From Octopus vulgaris (taxonomy: Eukaryota): DNA of 64,000 bases. Numbering within the stretch: position 1 is the stretch's first letter; each line of letters starts with the position of its first letter. Under the pieces are notes generated by a model. The model was not told where the DNA came from, made no database searches, and worked only from the letters and a program-made list of their open reading frames with translations. The stretch is from the NCBI GenBank assembly GCA_951406725.2, contig OX597834.1, positions 43,772,001-43,836,000 of the forward strand, in the 5' to 3' direction. Positions 28,645-42,083 of this stretch are shown piece after piece. Position numbers and translations under genes: made by a program.

Positions 28645-28771
28645 GTATTTCGCCCGGCGTGCTAACGTTTCTGCCAGCTCGCCGCCGTAATAATAATGAT
28701 AATGGTTTCAAATTTTGGCACAAGGTCAACCATTTTGGAGAAGGGAATGAATCAATTACATTGACTCCAGT
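28645..28771 (-). mobile_element. SINE family C fragments (head plus tail of next unit)
   Basis: CGTGCTAACGTTTCTGCCAGCTCGCCGCC and TTTCAAATTTTGGCACAAGG. Confidence 0.75.
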
Positions 28772-28936
28772 AACCGCCTTAATTGTAAGAAGAAGAAGAA
28801 GAAGAAGGGCTTGTAGATATCGCATAAGTCCACGGTGGGTTACACTTGAATACAGTATAGTGTCTATAATTTCTGGATGCCGTAATATTCTCTCCCAAGT
28901 CTATCTTAGGGGTGTAAGTATACGTTCATACATATA

Positions 28937-29009
<73 letters not shown>

Positions 29010-29399
29010 ATGTATATATGTATGTATATATATATATTTGCATATATATAAGTGTGTGTGTGTGTGTATAAGCATAGGTTCACATATATACATATGAAAG
29101 CTAAACACACAAACATAGACAAATACAATCACACACATATCTATATCCATATGTATATATATGTATATACATACACACACGCGCACACACAAACACGCAT
29201 ACCCATACACACACATATAAATAAACTAATACATTGATGCATATACGCACATATACATTTTCACATATTTCTTTATGTCCACATGTATTTGTAGACATAC
29301 TTAAGTGAACATGGTTGACAAGCGGATATACCTCCATGTGCACATACACACACACACAAGGATGCAAAGATAAAAATAATTAAATATGTACATAAAATA

Positions 29400-30160
29400 A
29401 ATTATCTTCCGTGACAAATACTAATTGGATGCGTTACCGTAATCTTATTAAAAGCGAATATGAATTATTAAATATCCCTCATGATAAAGATAAATATAAT
29501 CTTTTACCGACTTATCCTGTAAATAATACTTCGAATTCCTTCGCATATAAAAATAATACTAAACCCTCTTATACCAAATCTGTTAGTGAATTACAATAAA
29601 GTTAATATATGCAATAGAAAAACCTAACAGCCAACGTTTCTACTGCACCTCCAGCCGGAAGTAATCCAAGCTCTAAAACTAATAAAAGTCGCGGTAATAT
29701 TTCAAGTATTGGTAGGAGTAAACAGTATTTCTAAACATATGCTTCCCTGTCATTTATCTGCTAAGGCCTTCTATCATTTATAAAAATACTCTGTTGTTGA
29801 ATAGTAATGGATGAGATGTAAAATGGAATATTATTTGGTATAACTTTCGATTTACACTATCTGTCATTGTCCAATTATTCTTTACGGTTTTTAAGGGCAA
29901 TTATCCACCACAGCATAAATGCTAGCAGATATCAAACAAGTCTACGGTTAAACGTTCTTATTCTACAACACCTAACTTAGCCTCCACAATAACAACCCTT
30001 ATTTGGTCTAAAGGAAACAAGATTTATATACATTCCAAATACACCCCCAAAAGTTAAAGGCTTACTAATAATTTTCCCTCTAAATGTGTTAGTTCTGATT
30101 GTATGCATTATAATCGTAACTGTTACAAGAGTATGAATTCTAAGAGTAATTTTAACGTAA
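29400..30160 (+). mobile_element. Penelope-like element relic (Neptune-like, post-RT region)
   Basis: 29827-30003 translates NIIWYN...NYPPQHKC*QISNKSTVKRSYSTTPNLASTI, matching the PLE NIIWFNPP...HFPP.H...IFN..TVK.SYS..PN motif; outer limits uncertain. Confidence 0.7.
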
Positions 30161-30516
30161 ATAAAAACAGGACCAACAATGATGGTGCTGATAATGATAA
30201 AAATAATTGCTTCAAATTTTGTCACAAGGCCAGGAATTTCAAGAGGAGGAAGATATTCGGTTATTGGTATAAAGTACTGTAGTCGACTGGTACTTTATCG
30301 ACCCTGAAATACTGAGAATGAGAGTTAACCTCGGCATCATGATAATAATAGAGATGATGATGAGGAGGAGGAGGAAGAGGAGGACGACCACGACAACAAT
30401 AACAACAGCAACAACAACAACAGCACTGTAAAAATTAGCAATACTGATAATAGTACTTCAAACTAAAAATAATAAAAGCAACGTAGATGACTCATGTACA
30501 TATGAATGTATATGTG

Positions 30517-30561
<45 letters not shown>

Positions 30562-30562
30562 T

Positions 30563-30930
30563 GGCACTCCGTCCGTTGCGACGGCAAGGATTCCAGTTGA
30601 TCTGATCAGCGAAATAGCCTGCTCGTGAAAATAACGTGCAAGTGGCTGAGCACTCCACAGACACGTGTATCCTTAACGTAGTTCTCGGGAAGATTCAGCG
30701 TGACACAGGCTGGCCCTTTGAAATAAAGGTACAACTGAAACAGGAAGAAAGCGTGAGAGAAAGTTGTGGTGAAAGAGTACATGCAGGGTTCGTTATTACC
30801 CCCTACCGGAGCCTCGTGGAGCTTTAGGTGTTTTCGCTCAATAAACACTCGCAACGCCCGGTCTGGGAATCGAAACCGCGATCCTGCAAACGCGAGTCCG
30901 CTGACCTAACCACTAGGCCATTGCGCCTTC
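30563..30930 (-). mobile_element. SINE family A, full length
   Basis: reverse complement of 10736-11112. Confidence 0.9.
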
Positions 30931-30980
30931 ACTATATATACATGTGGGGGGGGGGGGGCTTTGATATTTTGATGAGGTCC

Positions 30981-31315
30981 GTACAGTGACCCTCGAAAAT
31001 TCCCCCCGTCTTCATTTTATTTTCCTAGCAGCCACCAAATTGTGACCTGTCCCTCTCGTCTCTCTCTCCCCTTCTCTCTCTCTTCCCTTTTCTCTCTCTC
31101 TCCCCTTCTCTTTTTCTCTCTCTCTCTCTCTCTTTCACTCCATACCTCCATCTCTCTCTTTAGCTCTTCCTCTCTCCCTTTCTCTCTTTCCCTCTCTCTT
31201 CACATCCTCACCCATAATAAGACCCTCATCTAAGCTCCATAGTAAAGTACGGTGGCCCTCGAGAATTCCCTCCTCGTCTTTGTTTTATTTTCCAGCAGCC
31301 ACCAACTTGTAACTA
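30981..31315. repeat. diverged ~68 bp direct repeat pair flanking a CT-rich tract
   Basis: 30981-31048 vs 31247-31315: GTACRGTGRCCCTCGARAATTCCC...TTTTATTTTCC(T)AGCAGCCACCAA. Confidence 0.8.
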
Positions 31316-32479
31316 TTCAAGCGGAACTTTAACCGCGTCGGTGGACACAGCTCCTTCTCCAAGACGGAACCAATTTATATAATCTTTCTAATTTTATTTA
31401 ATTTCGAAATTAAAGAGTTATTAGAAACAGATGAATGAATGTGGAAAAGTCTGAGAATGCAAACCAAAATAAAAAGAGGAATATTATTGACATTGTATTC
31501 TCAATGACTCTGTGAATAGTTCTCTTGTGTTCTCAGGGTTAGCGAGATATTTGATAAACGGTTATTTTGATAGAATTGGACACAAGCTCAGAATTTGAAT
31601 AAACGTTTGAAGAGTCGTTATACTAAAAGCGAAAAACTTTGGCAAATGTCAACGGAATTTCCATTTCACGAACTATATTAATAACATTCAGCATTTAAGA
31701 ACGGGAAATTAATGAATTAATTGATTTGTATATATGTAGAATCATGGAATGGTAAATGGCGTTTCTAAGGAATACAAGTGAGAAGGCGAGCGTGAGGTAG
31801 ACAGGAAGTGTGTATGCGGAAAAGTGAATTAGAGACGGTAGGTAGGAAGGAAGACAAATTGTGTGAGAGAGAGATAAGGGATAGAATGGTAAGAGACAGG
31901 GGGAATGAGAAGGAGAAAGAGAGACGGAGGGAGAAAGGGAATAAGAGAGAGAGAGGGTGTGTGTGTATGTGAATGTAAAAGAGAGAATAAAATGAGAGTG
32001 AAAGATACTAATGAGAGTTACAGCTCGTTAGAGAGATTAAAAGTAGCGGAGAGAAACGGATAGAGCATGAGAGAGAGAGAGCAAAAATAGACGATTGGAG
32101 CGAGAGAGTGAGAGTTGCAATAAATGAGAGGTGAGAGGAGTGATGTTGGGAAATTGAAGGAGAAATGGGAAAAGAATGGGGAAGAAATGCAGGAAGGAAA
32201 AACTAAGAAAGAGACAAAAATGCCTGGGAAAGGAAAGAAGCAAATAGGGGGATGAGAGAATGAAATAGTTGAAGAGTTAAAGAAAAGGATGAACTGAAAG
32301 AAGAGGAAAGAATTGTGAACGAATGGGAAAGAGTATGGAGAAGAGTAGATGAAAGTAAGGAAGGGGAGATAAGAGATTGGGAGGGAAGGAGAGAGAAGAG
32401 GAAGAGAGAGGGGAGTGTTGAAGAAAAAGAGGGAAGAAGTATAGAAGAGATGAGTAGAAAGATGTTCAGAAGGGAGAAC

Positions 32480-33009
32480 AGAAGAATTTGAACCCAGAAC
32501 GTGCAGACAAACAAAATGCCACTGAGCATTTTGCCCGACGTGCTAACGATTCTGCCAGCTCACCGCCTTATAGGTGACAAATATTCTTTTCTACTCTAAA
32601 CACAAGACCCGATTTTTTTTGGGGTGGGGTGCAATCGATTAGATCGATCCCAGTATGCAACTGGTACTAAAGTTATCGACCCCGAAAAGGATGAAACTCT
32701 ATCTCGGCGGAATTTGAATTCAGAACGTAAAGTGAGACAAAATACCGCTAAGCATTTCGCCCGTCGTGCTAACGTTTCTTATTTCTTTATTGCCTACAAG
32801 GGGCTAAACTTAGAGGGGACAAACAAGGACAGACAAACGGATTAAGTCGATTATATCGACCCCAGTGCGTAACTGGTACTTATTTAATCGACCCCGAAAG
32901 GATGAAAGGCAAAGTCGATCTCGACGGAAGTTGAACTCAGAACGTAACGGCAGACGAAATACCGCTAAGCATTTCACTCGGCGTGCTAACGTTTCTGCCA
33001 GCTCGCCGC
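32480..33009 (-). mobile_element. three co-oriented family C SINE units
   Basis: ~32480-32568 head only, 32584-32778 tail E, 32779-33009 tail F. Confidence 0.9.
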
Positions 33010-33648
33010 ATACTGAATATATTAACTGTATGTAGTACGATATGTGAAACGCAATTCGAGGACACCGTCTTCAACTTTTCTAACCACAATGAGTCCGACT
33101 GCACCCGTGTACTCTGTATTTAAATAGTGAGTTTCCTGTAAATGTATATATTTATTATGAAATAGCATGCTGTTTATAAGAGCTAAATTAAATATATTTG
33201 GAGACACCAACTTGTGACTCAGCTTGAAAATAACAAAAGTTACTTGAAATACGCAGACACATACACACATACAGACTTACATATACAGACATATATATAC
33301 ACACATACATATATACATACACATATACACGTACATATAGAGATACATTCATATACACATACATACATACATATTACGCACACACGTTGCATATAAGCAT
33401 GTACACACATTTACACGGACACAAAAATATGTAAGCATGTGCGTGGCTTCTATGTGTATATATATATATATATGATGTATATGTGTCTGTGTGTATGTGT
33501 GTATAAGTGCAAGTATATACATCTACGCATATATATGAATATATATGTATATATATATACATAAATATATACTTATGTTCGTATAAGCATATACATCTAT
33601 ATAGATCAATATGCATAGGTATATCAATATGTATAGGTTTATGTATGT

Positions 33649-33719
<71 letters not shown>

Positions 33720-34809
33720 TGTGTATGTATGTATGTATGTATGTATGTATGTATGTATACATATATGCGAGCATGCATATATACAACTATACATACATTT
33801 AACTAAACTAAAAGGAACTGTTATTCTCAGATTTGCAGCTTTCCGCAGTTTTCATTATTTCAATAATAAATAAATATTTAATTCCTTTCACGTTCTAACA
33901 CACAATGTACTAACAGTCCTTGTATGTTTTATTAGATAATTAGATTTTAATGTAAAACTGTATTTTTTTATTATAGATTTATTTATAATTATTATATGTG
34001 TATATATACATATTATTTAGCTTTCATTTTAAATTCATTTATTTATTTATTTTCAGTTTTCTTCTCCGAAAAACTTTCAGTCGACCTAGACAGAAGAAAC
34101 GTAGTTTTAACCTATTCAAATATCTCCATCACCATCGTCATTTTTATAGATGCCTTCCAAATACGCCTACGTATAGATTAACTGCGCTGCTTGAAGAAGC
34201 TAATAAGAATTACCAGACAATTACGGTGGTTCTTGTTTCTATAAAAATCCGTGCTCTTTCCAAAGAACTCGGTTTTTCTCTGCCTTCTATTTTGTCTTCA
34301 TGCATAATACACACCACCACACACATATGTATATGTTTATATGCATATGTGGATGTATGTATATAGTAACTGTGAGCAGTAATTAGAATGTGTAAGCATC
34401 TTCAAATCAGAGTCGATAATGTAAATGAAAACGAATTATGAAACAGCTGTAAACATACGAAATTACATCTTATTTGCCTGTTACTTCTCCTGAATCTTTA
34501 TAATCATAATCATCTATATGAGTGTATGTGCATGTGTGTGAGTGTGTCTGTGTATGTATACACACCCACACATGTATGTTTACACGCATCCAAACACATG
34601 CACTCGCGCACACACAGACACACACACAAACTAAAAGGCTTTGGAGAGTATCACGAGCAATTGTCCTATTAGTGTTTGTCTTCTGTTTTCATTAATCGAA
34701 TATATTTTCCTAAATTCCTGTCCAAGAATAGAAGTTCCAAAATACATGGATTAAGTTCACTGAAATAATATTTTCCACAAACGTCTCCAAATACATTTGG
34801 TTTCTGAAA

Positions 34810-34922
34810 GAAATAAGTGCTAGGCTTACAATGAATTAGCTCTGGGGTTAATTTACTCCAATAAAGGCGGTGCTCCAGCAAAGCCACAATCAAATGACTG
34901 AAACAAGTAAAAGAGTAAAAGA
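34810..34922 (+). mobile_element. SINE family D 3' fragment
   Basis: AAGGCGGTGCTCCAGCA...AAATGACTGAAACAAGTAAAAGAGTAAAAG. Confidence 0.8.
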
Positions 34923-34969
34923 TATATGTATATATACATACATACATACACACATACATACATATGTAC

Positions 34970-35022
<53 letters not shown>

Positions 35023-35404
35023 CCTGCCTCTGTATCCCTGTGAGTAAATAATGAGGTAAATAGGTCGCTGTTTAAATAGTATGAATATTTAAATGGATGT
35101 ATGTATTGTGTTGTGTGTGCGCAAGTAATTCGGTGACCAGGTCACAGTAGAAAACGGATACAAGTGTAGGTGTGCGTGTGTATGAGCATATGTGTGTGGC
35201 CTCTGTGTACGTTGTCATTAGGTTTGCATGTTGTGCACGGGCATGTGTGTATGTTGTGTACAGCCGTGTGTGTGTGTGGTCTGTTTTATTTGTACAAATA
35301 TATTTACCAATCTTTGCTTATTAAGCGTAACGAAATCTCTAAAACTCATCATTAAGAATTGATTTGTAATTAGGCCGAGTATTTCTGATTCACAACATTT
35401 TTGT

Positions 35405-35648
35405 GCCCTTTTTAAAGACTAGCCAGGCTCATGGGCCCGGTTTCCCGGTTTCAATGGCGTATGTGTTCCCGAGCTGGACAGATCACCAGTCCATCGCAGC
35501 TTTACTCATTTTTGCCAGCTGAGTGGACTGGAGCAACGGGAAATGAAGTGTTTTGCTCAAGGACACAGTGCATCGCCCTGTCCAGGAATCGAAACTACAA
35601 TCTTAAGATCATGGTGCTGACACCCTAACCACTAAGCCACCCACCTCC
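35405..35648 (-). mobile_element. SINE head B + tail C (Deu/Nin-domain-like)
   Basis: reverse complement of 56344-56586; GCGATGGACTGG...GAAACCGGG resembles the Deu/Nin SINE domain. Confidence 0.85.
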
Positions 35649-36109
35649 ACATTAACAACATTACATTACATAATATATATATGTATATATATATATATAT
35701 ATATCTACATACATTCCTACATATATACATATATATATATGCATGTATGTATATATATTTATATATACATAAACACATATATATATATATATACAGGCGT
35801 ATATATGTATATATATGAATGTATGTATACATATATATACATTCATATATATACATATATACGCCTGTATATATATATATATAAATAATACACACACACA
35901 CACACACATACACTTGCTTGCTAAAAGAAGTCGTACCATAACGTAATATAGTTACATAGCGATTTCTTTCGGTTTCTGTTCTGTCTATACATCTGTCAAT
36001 CTCTCTGTTGTTCTGTACGTACTCACGCTTGAGGATGCGTGTCTGTGTGTCTGTCTGCATGCATTATGCACGTACGTACATATATACACGTTGGTAGGTA
36101 AGGAGGTAG

Positions 36110-36290
36110 GTCGTCAGCATTCCCCTCTGGAGTCGAAGATGATTGTGAACTAACCTTAAGTAGATCAGTATATAACTGACTGTATAGGCTAATGCATGAT
36201 CTACCAGTCGCTGTCTAGCGAACAGATAAATCTATGTATGCGGTGGATAGATGTATTCTGAGACGTTAACATGGTGATCTCTGCCTTCAT
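36110..36290 (-). mobile_element. RTE-clade LINE 3' end, decayed
   Basis: minus strand RSCISLYSQ (cf. CRSRIGLYSH) followed by TCATCTTCGACTCCAGAGGGGAATGCTGACGAC, like RTE 3' termini. Confidence 0.55.
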
Positions 36291-36604
36291 ATATGATTTG
36301 AGTGTATCCAAACCTCTGCGATGGTACATACCATCGAGGAATGTGTATTTGTATGTGTGTACGTATAAATGCATATATGTATATGTATGTATTTATGTAT
36401 GTATGTATGTATGTATGTATGTATGTATGTATGTATGTATGTATGTATGTATGTATGTGTTTATGTCTGTATGTGTGTGTGTATCTATGTGTGTATGTGT
36501 TTGTATTTTGGAATGTATGAATGCATGCAAAAAGAGTATATGTTTGCAGACATGATCATTATCTGCATATATATATATATATATAATTATACACAACATA
36601 TCTT

Positions 36605-36676
<72 letters not shown>

Positions 36677-36871
36677 TATTTATGCACAACATATCTTCAA
36701 CTATAGATATATATATATTCATGTACATATGTATATGTGTATATGTGTATCTATTTACCATTCTAAATATACATATTATATACACACACACACACATGTA
36801 TGTATATCTGTGTGTGTCTATACATAACAATCTGTATATCAATCACTATATATGTACACAGGCTCATGTAT

Positions 36872-36909
<38 letters not shown>

Positions 36910-37608
36910 TGTGTTTATATCATTTTCTGAATGCCATGATCTCTTATTATTTTGGGACTTTATTAACATTTAATTTATCAACCCTGCCTTTTTTTTCCTC
37001 TCTCTCCTCCTCCTCCTCCTCCTCCTCCTCCTCCTCATATTCCCCCTCCCCGTCTACTTGACTTTAATTATTCTGTATTTCATTCTTCTCCCAATTTCTA
37101 TAAACCTTCCTGCTCTGTCCTTTCTATTTCTTTACATATTTTCTTCGGATATTCATTTATTTCTCTGTTGAATTATCCTTAATTATATGATTCTATTTAA
37201 AAAAAAAAAATCTTCTTTTATTTATCATCGCCTTCGTTGCCCTTTGTGTTTCATCTTCCTTTTTATTTTTTCGTATTTCCTTTTTTTTAAATATTTTTTT
37301 TTGCATTAAAATATTCTCCAAATTTAATTTTGCTCTCTTCAACTTTCTGCCTCCAATCTCCATTCTCTTGCCGCTTCTCGTCTTCTACAACCAAACATGT
37401 ATGTAGTCAATAAATCTATTTAACCCAAGTTAACATCAGATACACCAAAAAAAAAAAGAAGAATATTGATTTTCTTTTTATTAAACACGAAACCAATTTT
37501 GATTAGGCACAAAGCCAAATTATAGTTAATGTGTTACACACTATTAAATTGACTCTGCCTCAGTATATTACTGTTACGTACATGATCAACTATCTTCAAT
37601 CATTCAAC

Positions 37609-37699
37609 GGGCATATGGCGTAGTGGTTAAGAGCGCAGGCTACTAACCCCAAGATTCCGAGTTCGATTCCAAGCAGTGACCTGAACAACAATAATAATA

Positions 37700-37735
<36 letters not shown>

Positions 37736-37882
37736 TCGAGGAATACCTTAGGAATGAGAATTCAGGTTCGAAATTTCCCCAAGACACCTGAAGAATGCTC
37801 GAGGGTATATCAGCCGAAACGTTGTGCTAACGACAAACAAGATGAGGACAAATATCCATCAAATGTAAATAATGTAAATAAT
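37609..37882 (+). mobile_element. tRNA-headed SINE-like element (family H) with internal (AAT)n and a hammerhead-like 3' part
   Basis: A box TGGCGTAGTGG (37616), B box GTTCGATTCC (37661), (AAT)n 37690-37733, hammerhead-like motif 37785-37826, tail (TGTAAATAA)2. Confidence 0.8.
37785..37826 (+). ncRNA. minimal type-I hammerhead-like motif (degenerate copy)
   Basis: cac CUGAAGA a uGCUc gagggtatat cAGCc GAA ACGU U gug; only 3 bp each in stems I and II in this copy. Confidence 0.5.
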
Positions 37883-37883
37883 G

Positions 37884-37971
<88 letters not shown>

Positions 37972-37984
37972 GGACGGATAGATG

Positions 37985-38026
<42 letters not shown>

Positions 38027-38059
38027 TGGGCGGACGGACGGACAGACAGACAGACAGAC

Positions 38060-38102
<43 letters not shown>

Positions 38103-38103
38103 C

Positions 38104-38170
<67 letters not shown>

Positions 38171-38215
38171 CAGATAGATAGATAGGCAAACAGACAGATA
38201 GATAGATATATATAT
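37883..38215. repeat. (GATA)n/(GACA)n/(GACG)n compound microsatellite
   Basis: directly visible. Confidence 0.97.
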
Positions 38216-38833
38216 CTAGATAGAGAGAGATAGAGAATGGGAGGAAAGGGGAGAGAGAGAGGAAAGAACTAATGTGTATAAACGAATACATGTGTTTAAG
38301 AACTAAAACCAGTTTCTTTATTTATTTCCTAACCTCATCGAAGAGCCTGAACACAATCGATCAAAACGCGAGTCCATGATTATGAGATAAAGTAAGATTC
38401 GTATTTTTATTTTAGTATGTGACTCAGTTGTTGGTTTTCGAATGTATTTAGTATTAAAAAAATATAATTCTGTGTGTTAAGCTCCATTAACATTTATTTG
38501 TCGCATTAATTCTTTTGTTTTCGGTAGCACAGAAAACAATATCGATATATCGGACTAGAAGACTAGAAGACCTTGTATCATATTTATATATTTTCTATTC
38601 TACTTTCCATTTTACAACCGAGCCTTTTACTTGCTTCAAGAAACGTATCTAACGAAAGAAGGGAAAAGCAACGTTTAGCAGCTTCCCGAGTCATGAATGC
38701 CCACACGGAACCGAGAAAATTTTGGCAATTTTCTCCATTATCAACGTGGTGTCATTTTCGACAAAAAGCTGTAAATTTTACTCTGAGAGCAGTTTATTTC
38801 TTGACCTACTCAATGATGAAACCATTATACACG

Positions 38834-38883
<50 letters not shown>

Positions 38884-38895
38884 TCTGTGTGTATG

Positions 38896-39225
38896 TATGA
38901 GGGTGCTGAAAGTTCCTGCATTTGGGTATATGAAAACACAGAAGAATCAGTTAATTACGATTTTCTTCAACATATTCCCCTCCCAGATTCCCCTTTCAGA
39001 TTACCCCTCACCCCAGATTCCCCTTTCAGATATCCCCTCCCAGATTCCCCTCCCGGATTCCTCTCCCAAATTCCCCTCTTAGATTCCCCTCTCAGATTCA
39101 CACACTTATTGCAGCGGTCTTTCAGTTTTTCTAAGCCCTGCAAAAGAGCTCGGAAGATTGGGCGTCCAGCCAAGCCTTTCGCTGTACCCTAAAACCAGAA
39201 ATTTTTCAGCCGCACCCGCCTCGTA
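38896..39225. mobile_element. mariner MITE with an internal 13 bp minisatellite
   Basis: TIRs TATGAGGGTGCTGAAAG / TTTTCAGC...CCTCGTA; minus strand [20 protein letters not shown]; tandem TTCCCCTCYCAGA at 38975-39100. Confidence 0.85.
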
Positions 39226-39254
39226 TGCATCAGCATTTATGTGTGTATTTTTAC

Positions 39255-39390
39255 ATAGGAGTAGCTGTGAGGCAAGACGCTTGCTTCCCAACCGCATGGT
39301 TCCGTGTTCAGTCCCACTGCGTGGCACTTTGAGCAAGTGTCTTCTACTATAGCCACGGGTTGACCAAAGCCGTGTGAGTGGATTTGGTCT
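39255..39390 (+). mobile_element. SINE family D head
   Basis: TTCAGTCCCACTGCGTGGCACTTTGAGCAAGTGTCTTCTACTATAGCC. Confidence 0.8.
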
Positions 39391-39419
39391 TATTGCCTTT
39401 CTTGATTGTCTGATTCTAT

Positions 39420-39500
39420 TCATCCGTCTTCTCCACCCACTGTTTCTGGAAGGGTTGTTGGGTGTAGAGTCCTCATGTACCTCAAGTACTTCCTCCATAA
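39420..39500 (-). mobile_element. possible PLE endonuclease C-terminal remnant
   Basis: EEVLEVHEDSTPNNPSRNSGW resembles EA..I...PNN.NRD.GW. Confidence 0.3.
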
Positions 39501-39731
39501 GGTCCTAACCGACGCAATCAACGGTAGATTTCCCAGCTGGAAACCCAAGAGCGACTAACAGACACTGTCGGTATTATCCGACCAACTCGTCTTTGGTCTA
39601 TCCCTACGTTTCCTGTTGGTTGACTTGGCTTGGAGAATCGGTTTAGCCGATTACATGACTTGACCGATAGCAGGACTTAATACTATATTAGTATATGACA
39701 TTGGAAATATATGCGTTGTACGATGAATATG

Positions 39732-39962
39732 TACTTTTTTATTGCCCTCAAGGGGCTAATCATAGAGGGGACAAACAAGGACAGACAAAGGGATTAAGTC
39801 GTTTACATCGACCCCAGTGCGTTACTGGTACTTAATTTATCGACCCCGAATGGATGAAAGGCAAAGTGGACCTCGGCGGAATTTGAACTCAGAACGTAAC
39901 GACAGACGAAATACAGCTAAGCATTTCGCCCGGCGCGCTAACGAGTCTGCCGGCTCGCCGCC
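39732..39962 (-). mobile_element. SINE family C (tail F2), full length with a perfect 16 bp TSD
   Basis: TTGTACGATGAATATG at 39716-39731 and 39963-39978. Confidence 0.92.
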
Positions 39963-40489
39963 TTGTACGATGAATATGATAAACATTGAACCCATGAAGT
40001 AAAATATAAGGTTGAAAGATACCCAAGATCAAAATAATTTGTAGCACAATTTAAACTGTGTTACCTCGCATGTTGTAGTTATTTTGATAGTCTGCACTCT
40101 ACTACCGTGCTGATATTAATAGTAAGGTACAAGATTTGCCAACAGATAAACACAGACTTTACACTATTTCGACCTGGTTTAATCTCTGATTCTGAAAGTG
40201 TATCACTAGAAATGACAAAAATTAAAGCCGGATTATATCATGATATTGCAAGAGTAGAATTATTGTACAGAAAAAAATCAATGAATTTATACGTACCGCA
40301 TCTCACTACGATCTCTTATATAAGTTAACAATTTGGATATAGATCGAATGAATCAGAGAGACGTCAGTGGCAGAAATTCGATTGCTAGACGAATTATGAG
40401 GTTGCTCTGTACAAGGAAAGTGCAGCCTGGAAGAGAGAGAAGATATATCACTTACAGGAAGCTTGGCTCTTCCTTGATGGGGCTGGGAA

Positions 40490-40680
40490 CGTTCCAGTTT
40501 AGTGGTCCCAGAGGCGTCATCATGCGTAGAGCTGACCAGGTTGACCAATGCTCTCCGTCGCCGGTGGTCTCGGGACAGCATCTCTACATCCTCCATGGAA
40601 ATGTAGAGCTTCTGGAGATCTTCCCCAATCATGTCCAGCCATCTGGTGCGAGGTCTGCCACGAGGCCCACAACTTACAGG
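40490..40680 (-). mobile_element. RTE-clade LINE C-terminal fragment
   Basis: GPRGRPRTRWLDMIGEDLQKLYISMEDVEMLSRDHRRRRALV. Confidence 0.75.
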
Positions 40681-40877
40681 AGGTGTAACAACAAATAATA
40701 AATAAGAAGTGTACTACTGGAGTATCATTCAATTTCGAGTCTTATCTCAGCTTCTCTGGATAATCCCACCATTCGGCCAATAGATGACCACCATTCGGAC
40801 AATAGATGATCTCAGACAATTATCGCAATGGCCCATAAGAGGAGACAAAAGCACCTTCTTGTTATAATCCACGATGG

Positions 40878-41079
40878 CACGAGGGGGGTGTTGAAAAGAC
40901 CCTAGTTTTGGGTAAAAGAAATTACAGGAAGATCAGTTAATTATGATTTTATTCAACATATTCTCTTCTCAGATTTACACGCTTAATCCATCGGTCCTTC
41001 AGTTTTTCTAAGCCTTGTAAAATATTTCAGAACGTTGGGCCTTTCGCGATACCCTTAGAGCCAGGAACAGACCCTCTTA
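40878..41079. mobile_element. mariner MITE, diverged
   Basis: homologous to 16738 and 38896 copies; right TIR eroded. Confidence 0.8.
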
Positions 41080-41606
41080 CAACAAAACTATTGAAAAATT
41101 GACTCGAAAGGTGGCTCTGGTTGTAATTTATCCGATGTCCTGCTTAACAGAGTCCGGCTTAACGAGGGTTCAGTGTATGTGTGTGTGAAGCGAGAGAGAG
41201 AGAAAGAGAGAAGGTGCGAGTGAGAGAAAAGGTGGGAGAAAGTGAAAGAGGGAGAAAGTGCTAGAGAGAGAAGAGTGAGAAAGAGAAGGTGCGAGAGAGA
41301 GAAGTTCCGAGAGAGAGATAGAAGGTGCGAGAGGGACAGAAGGTTCAAGAGAGAGGTGTGAAAAAGAGAAGGTGCGAGAGAAAGAGAGGGAGATAGAGAG
41401 GCAGAGAGACAGAGATCGAGCGAAAAAGAGAAGCAGAAAAAGAAAGAGAGAGGTCCCATAAACTAAAGGTCCCACTGGATGTAAGCTACACTTACATTAA
41501 AACAACTATTACAAATATATTTATAAGGCTGGTTGTGTTTCTTAACACTTTCTCTAAACATACCACCACAATTTCAAATCGCAGCAAGTTCTTTTGACTC
41601 CCTTGT

Positions 41607-41775
41607 TTCTTCTTCTTCTTCTTCTTCTTCTTCTTCTTCTTCTTCTTCTTCTTCTTCTTCTTCTTCCTTCTTCTTCTTCTTCTTCTTCTTCTTCTTCTTC
41701 TTCTTCTTCTTCTTCCTTCCTTTTCTTCTTCTTCTTCTTCGCCTCCTCCTCCTCCTCCTTCTTCTTCTTCTTCTT

Positions 41776-41846
<71 letters not shown>

Positions 41847-41920
41847 TGTTGTTGTTGCTGTTGCTATTATTATTAACATCATCATCGTCGTCGTCGTCGT
41901 CATCGTCGTCATCATTATCA
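41607..41920. repeat. compound (TTC)n-(TCC)n-(TTA)n-(TTG)n-(GTC)n microsatellite
   Basis: directly visible. Confidence 0.97.
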
Positions 41921-41984
41921 ATATGACAATTACCAGCATCCTCTTCCAGCATTTAGTTATTGTTCAATGGTAATAATCAGTACG

Positions 41985-42017
<33 letters not shown>

Positions 42018-42031
42018 GAACACTGTGCACA

Positions 42032-42083
<52 letters not shown>

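Noticed and set aside
37609-37682. tRNA gene (also heads at 520, 10736, 56344)
   Set aside because: Acceptor and anticodon stems do not pair properly and there is no oligo-T terminator; these are SINE heads.
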